DNA of 63,271 bases, the filler included, from Reticulomyxa filosa (lineage: Eukaryota; Protista; Foraminifera): assembly GCA_000512085.1 (NCBI GenBank). It is 17 parts of 17 records of this genome, joined end to end, with 100 filler letters (N's around TTAATTAATTAA, not from the genome) between each part and the next. Parts side by side here need not be neighbours in the genome. Positions count along the whole stretch, not along the records: positions 1 to 1,242 come from ASPP01027646.1; positions 1,343 to 3,328 come from ASPP01019691.1; positions 3,429 to 8,233 come from ASPP01009606.1; positions 8,334 to 11,792 come from ASPP01006722.1; 13 more parts are not named here. One strand, given 5' to 3'. How positions within the stretch are numbered: the first letter of the stretch is position 1; each line of letters starts with the position of its first letter. Both the position numbers and the translations under genes were made by a program. Of this stretch, positions 1 through 11,892 are shown in pieces. The notes under the pieces were generated by a model that saw only the letters and a list, made by a program, of their open reading frames with translations, was not told where the DNA came from and ran no database searches.

Positions 1-1174
1 ATTATTATTATCATTATCATTATCATTATTATTATCATTATCATAGTCCTTCTCTTTGTCTTGTTCATCTCGGGCTTTCCATTTGACTTGCTCGTCGGTG
101 GCAAACAAGTCACCAAGTAAGACTTGTAGAATATTCCACAAATAACAACCCATCAAAACGTGATACATGTCATTGAGAGTGGCATTTGCACGGACTTCCA
201 TCGCCGATGTCATGGTTTCAATGCCAAACCTGTCTGTCGTCTTCCATGAAAATAGAAAGGGATGCGTCAGACACGCTCTCGTCATCACAGTGAACGGGTC
301 TTGCGTACTTACCACGTCCTTATAGTCTACACCGTTTTCGTCCTGATCTCTCTCTCAGTCACACCCATTAGAGAAATTTCTAAACATTTGAAATGAAATG
401 AAACAAAACAAAAATAAAAAGTACACACACACACAAACAAAAGAGCATTACAAAAATGAATGTCTCAGAGGAAAGTGGTTCATCCGAGTTGGAGGAGCCA
501 AAGAGTGAGACCAAGCGTGCCCAACAACTTTGATAGAACTGATCCATTCCTTTGTGAGGGAACAGAGTCTTTTTGTCATTTGCATCTTTTTGTTGAAAAT
601 AATGCGTCGTCAATGTCGCCCAAATGCTGGAAACGACGGTGTTGTTGAACTGCAATTGTGTGGGGAGCTTGTCATGAATCTCTTGGCGAGACAGACTTCG
701 AAAGCGTGCCTCCAACGCGCTGATACTGTAAGATAACACATTGGATAAAAGGGAAGGAAATAACTGCCTTTTTGCTTCGTCAGGGATGCTCTGGTGTCCG
801 ATCCATCCAAACTCTATGGCATCTTTTTCTTTTTCTTTTAAATAAAAAAACAAATTGCTCAGTCGGCCAATATGCTCTTGTTTTATACGTCCTCCCTCTG
901 TCTTTTCATCTTGCAACAACAACTGCTCCTTCTCCGTGTCTCTTTCTTGTTCTTGCTGTTGTCGTTTCAGATGCTGGTGTGCGATTGCAGTATACGTGGT
1001 GTTCGACGTCTCGGCATGAATGTCACGACTACTCACTTCGGAGTTTAATCGATCACGATCCAAGAATTTGGGCATTTCGTTGAAAAAGTCTTTCTTTATG
1101 CGAATCTTGTTGGTCTCTCCGTGCACGTGAAGTGGACTTTCCATTAGCAATGAGTTTCGACTCACTGCTTCCAA
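1..1174 (-). CDS. Internal exons of a large protein, possibly the C-terminal region of a UBR-family (N-recognin) E3 ligase; partial
   Basis: Exon ORF 380-1174 contains LLSNVLSYSISALEARFRS. A second exon (~342-1) reads STQDPFTVMTRACL...CYLWNILQVLL. Both resemble UBR1/2 C-terminal segments from memory; this is a weak match. Confidence 0.35.
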
Positions 1175-1242
1175 AGGAATTAAAAGATTGGATAGTGTCT
1201 TAAAAAAAAAAAAAAAAAAAAAAATTTTTTTTTTTTTTTTTT

Positions 1243-1342
1243 NNNNNNNNNNNNNNNNNNNNNNNNNNNNNNNNNNNNNNNNNNNNTTAATTAATTAANN
1301 NNNNNNNNNNNNNNNNNNNNNNNNNNNNNNNNNNNNNNNNNN
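1243..1342. other. Artificial contig-joining linker (N44-TTAATTAATTAA-N44); 16 copies in the window
   Basis: Identical 100-nt spacer with stops in all six frames at 1243-1342, 3329-3428, 8234-8333, 11793-11892, 12904-13003, 19696-19795, 20817-20916, 23553-23652, 25245-25344, 28426-28525, 36191-36290, 37386-37485, 44043-44142, 49435-49534, 54233-54332 and 57901-58000. Sequences on either side are not biological neighbours. Confidence 0.98.
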
Positions 1343-1509
1343 ATGTAAGTAAAGAGACTATTGAAGACATTAGAAAAGTCTTCTCAAGGACTGAAGAAAG
1401 AAATAATAAAACAAAGAATCGTAAATCAGAGATTGGTTCAATTATCAAAAAACACAACTGTGGTTATTTGGCAACCATGTGGATCAAGTCGTCGAGCACA
1501 TATTAGATA

Positions 1510-1622
1510 ATTGAAAAAATCTTAATTGAAAGAAAATATTCACTCACAACCATTGCCGAGAAAGAAATTGTGCGAAACATTAATGAAAGATTGCATATGT
1601 TGCTTTGGATTATGATGAATTG
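1510..1622 (+). pseudogene. Actin pseudogene fragment
   Basis: Translates IEKILIERKYSLTTIAEKEIVRNINERL/[frameshift]AYVALDYDEL, compared with actin [34 protein letters not shown]. Confidence 0.8.
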
Positions 1623-1912
1623 AAAACCACTTCGTATGCTAATCAGTGGTATTTATAACATTAAGAAGTGGGTGGTGTAATCACTGGATGTATTGAACAA
1701 AGAACAATTACCTCTGGTGTCCCTATTCGTTTTTATCCAGCGAACGCAACTGGCAAAGCATTTTCTATTGAAATGCACACAAAACAGTCGACAAAGCAGA
1801 AGTTAGTGATAACGTCGGTGTAAACGTGAAAAACTTGAAAAAAGAAAATGTGCCGCACATTAGTGATGTGATGTGCATTGATGACCCTGCTGTAGATCCT
1901 AGCTCACCAAAA
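1623..1912 (+). pseudogene. Elongation factor-like (EFL, EF-1alpha-related) pseudogene fragment, domain II
   Basis: KPLRMLISGIYNIK/[fs]VGGVITGCIEQRTITSGVPIRFYPANATGKAFSIEMH/[fs]TVDKAEVSDNVGVNVKNLKKENVPHISDVMCIDD. The ISGIYxIK, IEQ and MP..GDVM-like segments match EFL rather than canonical EF-1alpha. Two frameshifts. Confidence 0.8.
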
Positions 1913-3428
1913 AATTGAAAAAGCAACAAACAAAGCAAAAGTTGAGAGCGTCACTTTCATTGAATCCAGTGACAAGCTGACGTCATATTTGCCCCAAAAA
2001 TACAACTTTTAATTTGGTGGTGCTGTTTCGTTTTTTGTCTAGTATCAAATCGAAATTGTAAAAAAAATTTAAAAAACGTGTTACAAGGGGAGTGCAGTTT
2101 GACATCATTGGCAATGGCTTTCTTGCTACTTTTTCGAGACAAGACAAAGCAAATAGAAAAAACTTTGAATAAAATGTGAAAAGACGACACCGACGTCTAG
2201 CGCCAGTTAAGGCAATTTTAATTTTATTTTGATCAGATTTGAGACATGTATACTCTTGAACGGCACGGACATATTCAAAGTTTCTTGATTAGCCAGTCAT
2301 TTCCAATCATCATCTGTCTTGTTTATCTTATAAACACTCTGGAGTTTGTGTTCTTCAAAGTGTTGTAAGCTAAGTGAATAAAAACTATATTCTGCCTAAA
2401 GTTAAAAAAAAAACGAAATTACACATTGAAAAACTATTCTCAGCATCAAATACCAAAAAAATTGAAAAATAAGTTTCCAAAAAAAGAACTCAAAGGGAGG
2501 TTGTTTCCTTTTTTTTATTCAAAAAAATAGATCAAGATTGAAGTCTTTTACCTCCTAATTACGATATCTGCTGTTTGAAGGCGAATCTTCTGTTTCATCA
2601 TTGTTTTCAGCCTAAGTTGTGACACTTTTGTTAAGTTAATTGCGTTTGCAACGACAACAACTCAACGTACGTGGAAAAGGCTTTGCATTTCGTGAATATT
2701 TGTTCTGCAAACAATTGGGCAATAATTTCCTTATCAATACAAAAACGCAATAATTTGTCGTGTGAAGGTTTTCTTTCTCTGTGAATGTGTCATGAATGAC
2801 GGAGAAAAAAAACAAAAACTAATTTGAAACAAGTGCAAAAATTGACACAAAATTACAATGCTTTTTCTGTAAAAACCTCTATACCATTTCGCTTTATTTC
2901 ATAAATGAACAATGAGTCAACGGTCACAATGATGACATTCTTTATTGTATATACGTACCTCAAAATGCGAAAAATCGTGTTTTCAAATAAAAAAGATAAA
3001 TTGCATCAACGCAATCAAAATGAATGCATATTTTTGCTTGCCACCGCTATTCATAACATGTTCATTTAATTTCCAATTGCAGCAGAACCACACTTGTACA
3101 GTACTATTATAACCAATCAAAAATAATGCACGACTGTGAACAGATAGGAAAAAATCAAAGTTTTTCTATTCGTTTTGCAATGAATAAAGAAAAAATTTGT
3201 TGGAAGCAGCATTTTTGTTTTGGGTGCTACGAGTAAATATTTTGACACAAGCAGCGTTTGGATTGGATTAATATCTATTGAAAATACAGTCATCTCATTG
3301 AAGTAACTATCTGGAGACGCACTATTATNNNNNNNNNNNNNNNNNNNNNNNNNNNNNNNNNNNNNNNNNNNNTTAATTAATTAANNNNNNNNNNNNNNNN
3401 NNNNNNNNNNNNNNNNNNNNNNNNNNNN

Positions 3429-3463
<35 letters not shown>

Positions 3464-3486
3464 AAATTTAAACTTAAAAAAAAATA

Positions 3487-4417
3487 CCAAGTTGTTCTCG
3501 CCCAAATCTTTTATGTAATAACACCGATACGACTAAACCACTCACACCAGCCGAGGCATGAATCACAATACCCCCTGCGAAATCTTCAAATCCCAATTTG
3601 CACAGCCATCCCCTTCTATTCATCGTCACACAGTCAAAAATACTTACAATATTTTTTGGATTTTTCTAACTTTTAAACAAAAAAAAAATTCTAAAGAAAT
3701 TTCTCCCTCTCCTCGCCCCCCCTTTTTTTTTTTTTGTAACATACTGAATTTTTGGAGGTGTACCAAAAAAAAAAAAAAAATGTACCTTCCCGACTTAACG
3801 GATGCCAACTCCAATGGGCCAGTGGGTAATACACCAAAATTGGCCAAACAATCAAAAAAATCACAACGGACTTGAAACTCATTCGCTCGACCCACGAACC
3901 ACTTACTATCAACGGCGTCATTAATGCAAACATCATTTGAAAACTCGCAAACAAAACCGCTGGAATGTTTGGAGCTGTCTCTTGATGATACGGTTTCTTT
4001 ATCGACACATTTGTAAAAAATACATATTCGAACGGATCACCTATCAACCCCAAATCTCCCAAACTCCTTCCGAATGTCAATCCAAATCCGCATATTATCC
4101 ATAACAATGCACCAATTGTCATTCCTAAAAATGTTTGTGCTAACATTGACAATGCATTCTTTTCTCGGATTAAACCTGCCTGAGTCAATCCCATTCCTGG
4201 TGTCTGCAACATCACCAACGTCGTTGCAAACAGCCTATTTTGTTGATTTTTGTTATGGTTATGTGATGTGTGGTCACTTTTTTTTATTTGCATGTTTTTC
4301 CCCCCTCCTCAGCTCTACTTGTTTAAGTTTATCGTTTGAAGCTGATTTGATAGAGCAAAAAAATTTTGCAGTTTCTCACATGTAAGCTGTATCTGCGGTA
4401 TTTATTTCACTGGACAT
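3487..4417 (-). CDS. amt: Ammonium transporter (Amt/MEP family), 5' part, at least 3 exons; 3' end truncated at contig end
   Basis: Exon 1 MSSEINTADTAYM (4417-4380). Exon 2 LFATTLVMLQTPGMGLTQAGLIREKN...FQMMFALMTPLIVSGSWVERM...VYYPLAHWSW. Exon 3 GWLCKLGFEDFAGGIVIHASAG carries the DFAGG...H motif. GT-AG introns. Confidence 0.93.
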
Positions 4418-5646
4418 GGCAAGCTATGACTAATTTTTTGCACTCCAAAAAAAAAGTTCGGCATAATTTTATTCAAGAAAACGTTTAGTCCTTTTTTTGC
4501 TTTCAACCAAGTATTATTTGAAGACGCTGGTCGGGTATGCCAATACACAAAAGAATGTTCGATTTTTTAAACAACGATTAGATAGTCTGCAAATTGTAGA
4601 TGCCTAAAGCAAAGTGCATCTGCAAGCTTGCGATGCTTAAAAATGTACGTATTTATATTTTCACAAACCCTCAAAAGTATATGTTTCTGTGACATTTATT
4701 CCTTTTGATCGATTTTTTGACAGGCGATCTTTCATGAAAAAAGCTTTGATAGTTCAAACAATTTTTTTATTTAGTTGGATTGTTTGTAATAACTTGCAAC
4801 TATGTAAGAACAACAAAAAATTCAAACGGTCAACATAAATTCAGCCTTTTTCTTACTATTTTCGCCTAAATAATAGTTTAAATTTGTAAAAAAAGCATAA
4901 ATTTGGTTATGCTTGTTTTTCCCTTGTCAAGTGCTTAAATATTTTTGACTTCAACATCAATAAATCCGCAAATGCGAACGCAGTTTTGAAAAAAAAAAAA
5001 GTAACAAAAAAATGTTAAGATAAAAGCTAATGCAGTTCTTTACATGACCACTTGCAATAATTCTGCCTGCAATAACCAGAAAATGTTAACTTACAATTTG
5101 ACAGTGTCAAAGACAAGAAATGATTACAAAGAAAAAAATAAAAAATCTGCGATAGCACTGAGCTTGTGAGAGCCCCTTAGCGTATCTTGTCACAGTAAAA
5201 ATTGCTCATACAATTTCTTTGTTTGGATGTATCCAAAGCATTCTTCAAAAGAAACTTTGTTTGGTAGTAAAAAATAACTTTTACAAAGTTTTGACTTGCA
5301 GCGCATATTTCTTCAAATTAGTTTATTTTAGACTAATTTTAAATAGATTTGTAGCTTCGTGTCAAATTGGCCAATTTCTACATTATTTTAAATGGGATAA
5401 CGTGAGGTTATGTTATTTTGTTTCACCTAAAGTGATTTCGTTTATATGTTAGTTTTGGTCAAAAAATATTGATCACTTTCGAAACAAACGAATGATGGCA
5501 AAGAAGGAAACAAATTACTTTTTGTACAACAAACTAAAAGTCTGAGGTCTTTGCTAGTCGGAACCGTGTCAGTGAACTTTCGCCAGTTGATTCTATTTTA
5601 TTTTTTTGCTTGGTTTTTGCAATCAAATTAGCGACTTGAAACCAAC

Positions 5647-6555
5647 ATGGGTAAGCTTATACGCCTTTATTGACGTTGCTCTAGCTATTGGAGGCTTGCT
5701 TGGATGGATAAATGGTATTTTTTTCTTTTTGTTGTGAACAGGTATTTCGCGCTCAGGACGATTCAAGCGAAAAAACACAGGTGGACGTCGATCAAAAGCA
5801 AAAAAGAAGAGAGCTTATGAACGCGCCAGACCACCAAGTCAAACCAAAATCGGCGGACGACGGTATGTTGAAAATAACTTGAGTTTTTCCCCTTTTTTTA
5901 AATAAAAAAGTGAATGTGATAATTTTTATGTGTGCACCAAAACATCACAAATTAAAAAACGGATGACCGAAACCTTTTTGATGGTAATGGCATAGTGTGC
6001 GACTGGTGAGAGTTCGTGGTGGTAAATTTAAATTGCGTGCCTTGCGATTGAACCACGGAAACTTTGCTTGGCGTTCGGAACAAGCAACACGCAAAACAAG
6101 AATAGTTGATGTATTGTATCACGCCGCTAACAACGAATACGTGCGTACCAAAACGTTGACCAAATCAGCCATTATACAAATTGATGCAACACCATTTAGA
6201 CAGTGGTTTCATAATCACTATAACGTTGACTTGTCCGATGGAACATTTAAAAAAATAGAAAGCGATGTTAAGCAACAAAAAAAAAAAAATCGGCGCAATT
6301 TCGGGGAAAAAAAAAAACAATAAAAAAATTAAAACACAGACGGAAAAATTCAGCAAACTACAACTTAATCAATTTCGAAGACGACAATCGAAACAAAATG
6401 TGCCTGAAAACATTATACAACAATTTAAGACAGGTCGATTGTTGGCCGCGCTATCTTCCAAACCAGGACAAGTTGGAAGAGCTGATGGATATATATTGGA
6501 AGGCGATGAACTAGAGTTCTATCAAAAGAAAATCGCAGCCAGACACAAAAAATAA
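5647..6555 (+). CDS. RPS8: 40S ribosomal protein S8 (eS8), 4 exons
   Basis: [18 protein letters not shown]...[22 protein letters not shown]...[23 protein letters not shown]. Introns at 5651-5741, 5863-5996 and 6267-6339. Confidence 0.97.
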
Positions 6556-8185
6556 AGAAAAAAAGAAATTGTTCTGTTCAATCTCTCACAATTGGCTTTT
6601 TTATTTTTGTTTTTTCAATGTGGATTATTTGTTTTTTTTAAAATTCCTTTTTTTAAGTCGTCACAAAAAAAGGAAGTTGACAATAAAGGCCTCGGTTGTA
6701 TTTTTTAACAAGGCAAAAAAATTAACATTCATTTATGGAGATTGTTCTTGTTAAATTTTGTGCTGCATGGCAATCTTAGCACAACTGGATGTGGAAATCG
6801 AGTTGTTGCTATGAGTCGATAACAAATTATGTTCGAGTAGGAGCTTGGATGTTTCAGCATATATATTTTTTGTTTCAATTCCTGGTCAAATTGCGAAAAA
6901 AATATACGAAAGTTTAGATGTGAGGCTGTACTCTTTTGCTTTTATCCAACAAATAACTTACTTTTATTGTATTCTGCTTTTTCACTTAGCAATCGCTATC
7001 CTTGTCACCATACAAGTTCTTTTGTAAATGAAAACAAATTTGCTTGAGAATTTTTCCACTTTTCAGTATTTATGATCTGTTTTACACCGTTTTATTTACC
7101 ATGTGTTATTATAACCAAAAACTGTAAAAAGAGGCTTTCATTCCAGGTTTTTTGAAATTTTTTTTGAAATGATTCATGCAAAATTATTAACCTGAATTTG
7201 CTTTCTTGTGAAATTTCAAGAAAAAAACAAACAAAAACCTTTTTTAACCTCGAGGATAAGACCGTGTTTTTGAGCTTTGCTTGAATTTGTGAAGGTTTTT
7301 TTGGTTGTTTTGTTTTGTTTTTTTTTAATTGACCTGGAAAGAAAGGTCAAAAGAAAAAACCAGCAAACCAAAAAAAGAAAAAAGGTAAAATAAAGTAAAA
7401 TAAAAAAAGAAAGCCAAATCCCAATAGACGTTTTGGTGCTTTTTGTTTGTTTTGTATTGTATTGTTTTTTTCTTGTTTTTTTGCATTTGCATATTTTGCG
7501 TGTCGAACATTGAACTGTTTAGTGTTCTATTTTTTTGTTTTTGCCGCATTTATTTAATACACGATAACTTAATACGTTTTAACATCTTACAAACTTCGGA
7601 CTCAATACTAACAAGTAATATAACAACAACAAACAATAACAATAAATTCCTTCTCTCCGCAAGTGATTGTGGCGAGGTGAGTGGAGGCGAGGAAAGAAAG
7701 AAGGAAACAAAAATTGTTAATTTGCGTGTTTGTGGTGCCTGCATGTGATTTTCTTTGTTTGTCTTTTGTTCGTTGTTTTTGGTTTTGTTGTTGATTCGGG
7801 ACCATTTTATTGACTTATTACAATAAGGAACCCTTCTGCCTTTCTGGTAATTGATTGGTTGAGCGTTTGTTTGATTGCTTTGTTTTTATACAAAAGAAAC
7901 AAACCTATTTATTTTTTTAATTTTTTAATTTTTATTTTTTGTTTTTTTTTTTTTTGGGTGGGGGTCAATCTGGGAGATATGCCTCAAACAAAAGAACCAC
8001 CAACTACGATCAAACACCACTTCATACCCTCACGAACAGTGGCTGGAGGAGAACACTACCCTTTGCAATAAACATTACAATGGAAGGACAGTCGACAATA
8101 ACACTTTTCATTCGTCCATTCATCAAAAGCACTCAAATTGCCATCATGTCCACCCAGTTGTGTTTCATATCAACTCCAATATTTG

Positions 8186-8221
<36 letters not shown>

Positions 8222-8333
8222 GGGGGGGTGTTTNNNNNNNNNNNNNNNNNNNNNNNNNNNNNNNNNNNNNNNNNNNNTTAATTAATTAANNNNNNNNNNN
8301 NNNNNNNNNNNNNNNNNNNNNNNNNNNNNNNNN

Positions 8334-9626
8334 GGTATTTGTTTTCAAGAAAATTGCAAGTTGGACTTTTTTTTTTTGTTTTGTAAAAACAACAAAGACA
8401 AGTAGAATTGTGCATGACAAGCAAAAATGCCAGTTTTTTGATATACGCAGAAGGACAAGACCAATCCCCAATCAGAATAATGGGATTGATTGCATCCACG
8501 AGGTACAGACGAATATCTGAACTCAAGAATACTGTGGCCATTTTGTCCGGCAAAAGACAGCTGATGTTGCAAGCAGCATCTGCCAAGGATTTTGAAGCTT
8601 GGATGAATGCCTTAAGAAACGCACGTTAAGTGAACAATTTCTATTCGAGTAATGTGTGCAGAAACAGAGGAGTGAAAGAACACATGACAGGCACTCCTTT
8701 TTATTTGTTTGTTTGTTTGTTTGTTTGTTTGTTAGTGAAGCATGTTGGTGCAGAAATGGAGGAAGAAGAGCATATTCGATATTTTCGAGGAAAATTGGGG
8801 TACGAAATAACAGAAGTAACGAAACTGAACCAACGCAGACCTATGAAGAATCGAGCCTCCAACAACAATAACAATAACAACAACAACAACTTGGAACTTC
8901 AAAAATTACAACAGGAAAACGCCAAAATGCGACAGGAAATCCAAGCACACAAGGCTCAAGTGACCGAGCTGACAACACAGTTGGAAAACATTGAAACTAA
9001 AATCTCAACAATGGACACAGGAGAAAAAGAGCTGCGACAACGTAGCTGGCGCCAATTCAAACAAGAGATGGAGGCCTTTGAGGATCTCCATACAAGTGAG
9101 ATGGAGAGGCTGCGGATAGCAATTGAAGATTTGCAGTGCAAGATCGAACAGAAAAATCTTGTAGAAGGATATTTTAAAGTGGGAATACTTTTTGACAATG
9201 GCTTTGACAAAGAGTTTATTTATATATATTTTTATATATTTTTTTTTTATTGAGGTATTAATAAGTTGCAAACTTGTTTTGGGCGTGTGAAGAAATCAAA
9301 CAGATGTTCACATCGCAGAAGAAAAAGTGGCATACAACGACAACAAAGGTGTAAGAGCGATTGTTGAAAAGAAAGAGCAAAAGTACAACATAGACGGACA
9401 GCTTGAAGATTATGAAGTAGACATTCAACAAACTGGTCCCACTCACAAGATGACTTACAAGAATTTACACAAGCACAATCATGTTCATGTCTTGAACCAT
9501 CGCCACTATCATTATCATAACGATACATCAGAAAAAGAACTTGTGTTCACCCAAACAGAAACGTTCGCGCACACTATAGTCCACACGTCGACACAATTTC
9601 AAATTAAACGTAACGTTTTTGGTTAA
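8334..9626 (+). CDS. PH-domain protein with coiled-coil and His-rich segment (5'-partial, multi-exon)
   Basis: LMLQAASAKDFEAWMNAL is a typical PH-domain C-terminal helix. It is followed by a coiled-coil exon (LQKLQQENAKMRQEIQ...) and an exon containing HKHNHVHVLNHRHYHYH. The 3' boundary is uncertain. Confidence 0.6.
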
Positions 9627-10071
9627 CCCTTAGCCTTTTCTAATTTTTTAGATATTAGCAAAGCAGGAGCAGATGCTGCTTTCCTGTTATGTGAAGGAAG
9701 TTGTATCTTGGACAGATTGGTTGTACAAACTAACAAAAAAGTGGACCTTCATATGGAATTGCGATTTTATTTTATTTTTTTTAAAATGTTTTAGCTTTAA
9801 GTTTAAACCTTATTTTAAGCGTTAGATTGTAAGAACGAAAGGGTGGTCCAAGTGTGCTTGCAAATATATGTGGTCATTTCACAAGAGCAACCAACTAGTT
9901 GCATCAACAAAATGACAAAATCCAGAATGTTTTTGAGCCAGGTAAAAAAAAAAGTAAAGCAGTGTGAAAGTAAAAAATATTCGTATACACAATAATTTTT
10001 GCACTTTTTTTTCACTCTTCTTTCAAAGTGTAAAAATTAAAAAAAAAAGAGCCATTTCACGTCTGTATCCT

Positions 10072-10796
10072 TCAGCATTCACTATAAGATCATATCCATA
10101 TTGAAGTAAGCAAGATTGTATAAAAAAATAAAAAAATGTGTTTAAAACAGAAGTAACCTGCTGTACAAATGGGCAGTACATTTGGTGCCATTGATCAAAG
10201 GAGTGGTATCAACTGGAAGATTGGAAGGCGGATCGACGATGAACATAGTGTTTCTTTGCGTGATATAATCCTCGCACGCATACAATGCTGGAGCTGGGGT
10301 CGGTGCTCTTGGACCCATCCAAATGTCAATTCTGATTTTGTGGACAAGATACACACGCATTACATTCCCTTGCACTATAAGATGAACGTGTAAACATGCA
10401 ATGTTACCTATAAGCTTTGTCAGCATCCCAATCTTGAATACACTCGGAACAGGAATCCTCCATGACGACATACTTTCTCAAATGGCAAACATACACAAAT
10501 GCACCAATCGGTATTTCATTTTTGTCGGTGGCCATTGTTATTGGGTCGCTATACTCCCCTGTGCCCTCGTATGCTTCGTTGTGTACTGTTGGATATCCAT
10601 CATCTTTTGGGTAAGCAATTTCAGCACTTGGAGGAGAGTTGTCGTCCCAACCGTAGGAGGTCTGGTACCCAGTATGATTCCACGTCGAGGCACGCAGACC
10701 CGTTCGACCTATGATAGGTCTCGGATGGGCAAGTGAAAAATGTAACAAGGCCAACAAACATGTTGCAATAGTCCAGATAACACGGCTAGTCATCAT
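10072..10796 (-). CDS. Secreted protein with a 3D-domain-like (MltA/double-psi beta-barrel) fold
   Basis: Signal peptide MMTSRVIWTIATCLLALLHFSLA. ATDKNEIPIGAFVYV...MEDSC...RIDIWMG provides three spaced Asp residues. A GT-AG intron at 10407-10332 joins AYR|IDIW in frame. Probable tiny last exon ending at 10072. Confidence 0.6.
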
Positions 10797-11164
10797 GCTC
10801 AATTTCTTTTTGTTTGCAGTTTTCAAGTTTTACTCTTTGAGAGTGACCTCTTCACTTTTTTTTTTCCCCTTCACTTATGCAAACCACAAAATGTTGGAGT
10901 GATCTTAATCAACCTGAGCCACTTTTCTAGAGATGAATATCAAAGCACATGTTTCTAATTCTTGTACTTATTCATTCTCTAAGGGTTTCTTGGAAAATAA
11001 TTTGCAAAAAAAAAAATTAATATTAGCGTTTACTTTGATGCCTTTTTTTAAATGTGGTTATGTTCGCAAAAATCTCAAAAGGTTTTGGCTAGACAGCTGA
11101 ATTTTCTTTTTTATTAAAAAGGATAATCGTGTATTCTGAAATCTTGCTGATAAAATCTTGAATC

Positions 11165-11751
11165 ATGGCAAAAAAACTCAAAGTAAAAGCCGCCACAGAA
11201 TGGAAAAGACGGTTTGTGGAAGAATTGTCATTGGACGAAAATGATGAATTGGAAGTACTGAAGGCAAGTAAAAAACAAGCAAAAAGGTTGTGCAAGTTTT
11301 TGCACGAAAAGAACAAAAGAATAAAAGAATAAAACAAAAACAATGAACAGACAAGTATGAGTGGTTGGTGGTATTGTGAAGACGCAAAAGGAAGAGATGG
11401 ATTGGTTCCGTTTATATATTTGGAAGTGGTGTCCGGGACATATGCGGACTTTACGGATCTGTCATTTACAGATTACGAGCACATAGAAAACACGGTGTTT
11501 GGATGGGATATAAAGGAAATCACCCAAGTGATATTCCAGCGAATGAAGCAAACGGCAGATGAGCAAAACACGTTATTGCATGCTTTGAGAAGACTGTTTG
11601 CATTGTGTCACAAAGAGGAGGATCGATATGAGTTTTTGTCCCAAGGGGGATTGGATCGACTTGTCGAAATCTTGTCTCACACGCATGACATTGCACAAAG
11701 CATGTTTTGTTTAAGAAACATTATATTATTGGCACCAACCCAAGGTTGTTA

Positions 11752-11792
<41 letters not shown>
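11165..11792 (+). CDS. SH3-domain plus armadillo-like repeat protein (3'-partial)
   Basis: KVKAATEWKRRFVEELSLDENDELEVLK|TSMSGWWYCEDAKGRDGLVPFIYLE is an SH3 domain. FLSQGGLDRLVEIL is ARM-like. Confidence 0.75.
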
Positions 11793-11892
11793 NNNNNNNN
11801 NNNNNNNNNNNNNNNNNNNNNNNNNNNNNNNNNNNNTTAATTAATTAANNNNNNNNNNNNNNNNNNNNNNNNNNNNNNNNNNNNNNNNNNNN

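Noticed and set aside
1287-1298. Recurring TTAATTAATTAA between N-runs as a biological repeat or CRISPR-like array
   Set aside because: Fixed 100-nt geometry and six-frame stops identify it as a synthetic contig linker. ORFs ending in X...LIN are artefacts.
6267-6339. Apparent programmed frameshift in RPS8 (two overlapping ORFs across poly-A)
   Set aside because: A phase-0 GT-AG intron (gttaag...acacag) restores the frame exactly.
7860-8233. Possible exon near the end of contig 3
   Set aside because: Several frames are open on both strands, but there is no recognisable motif and the strand cannot be assigned.
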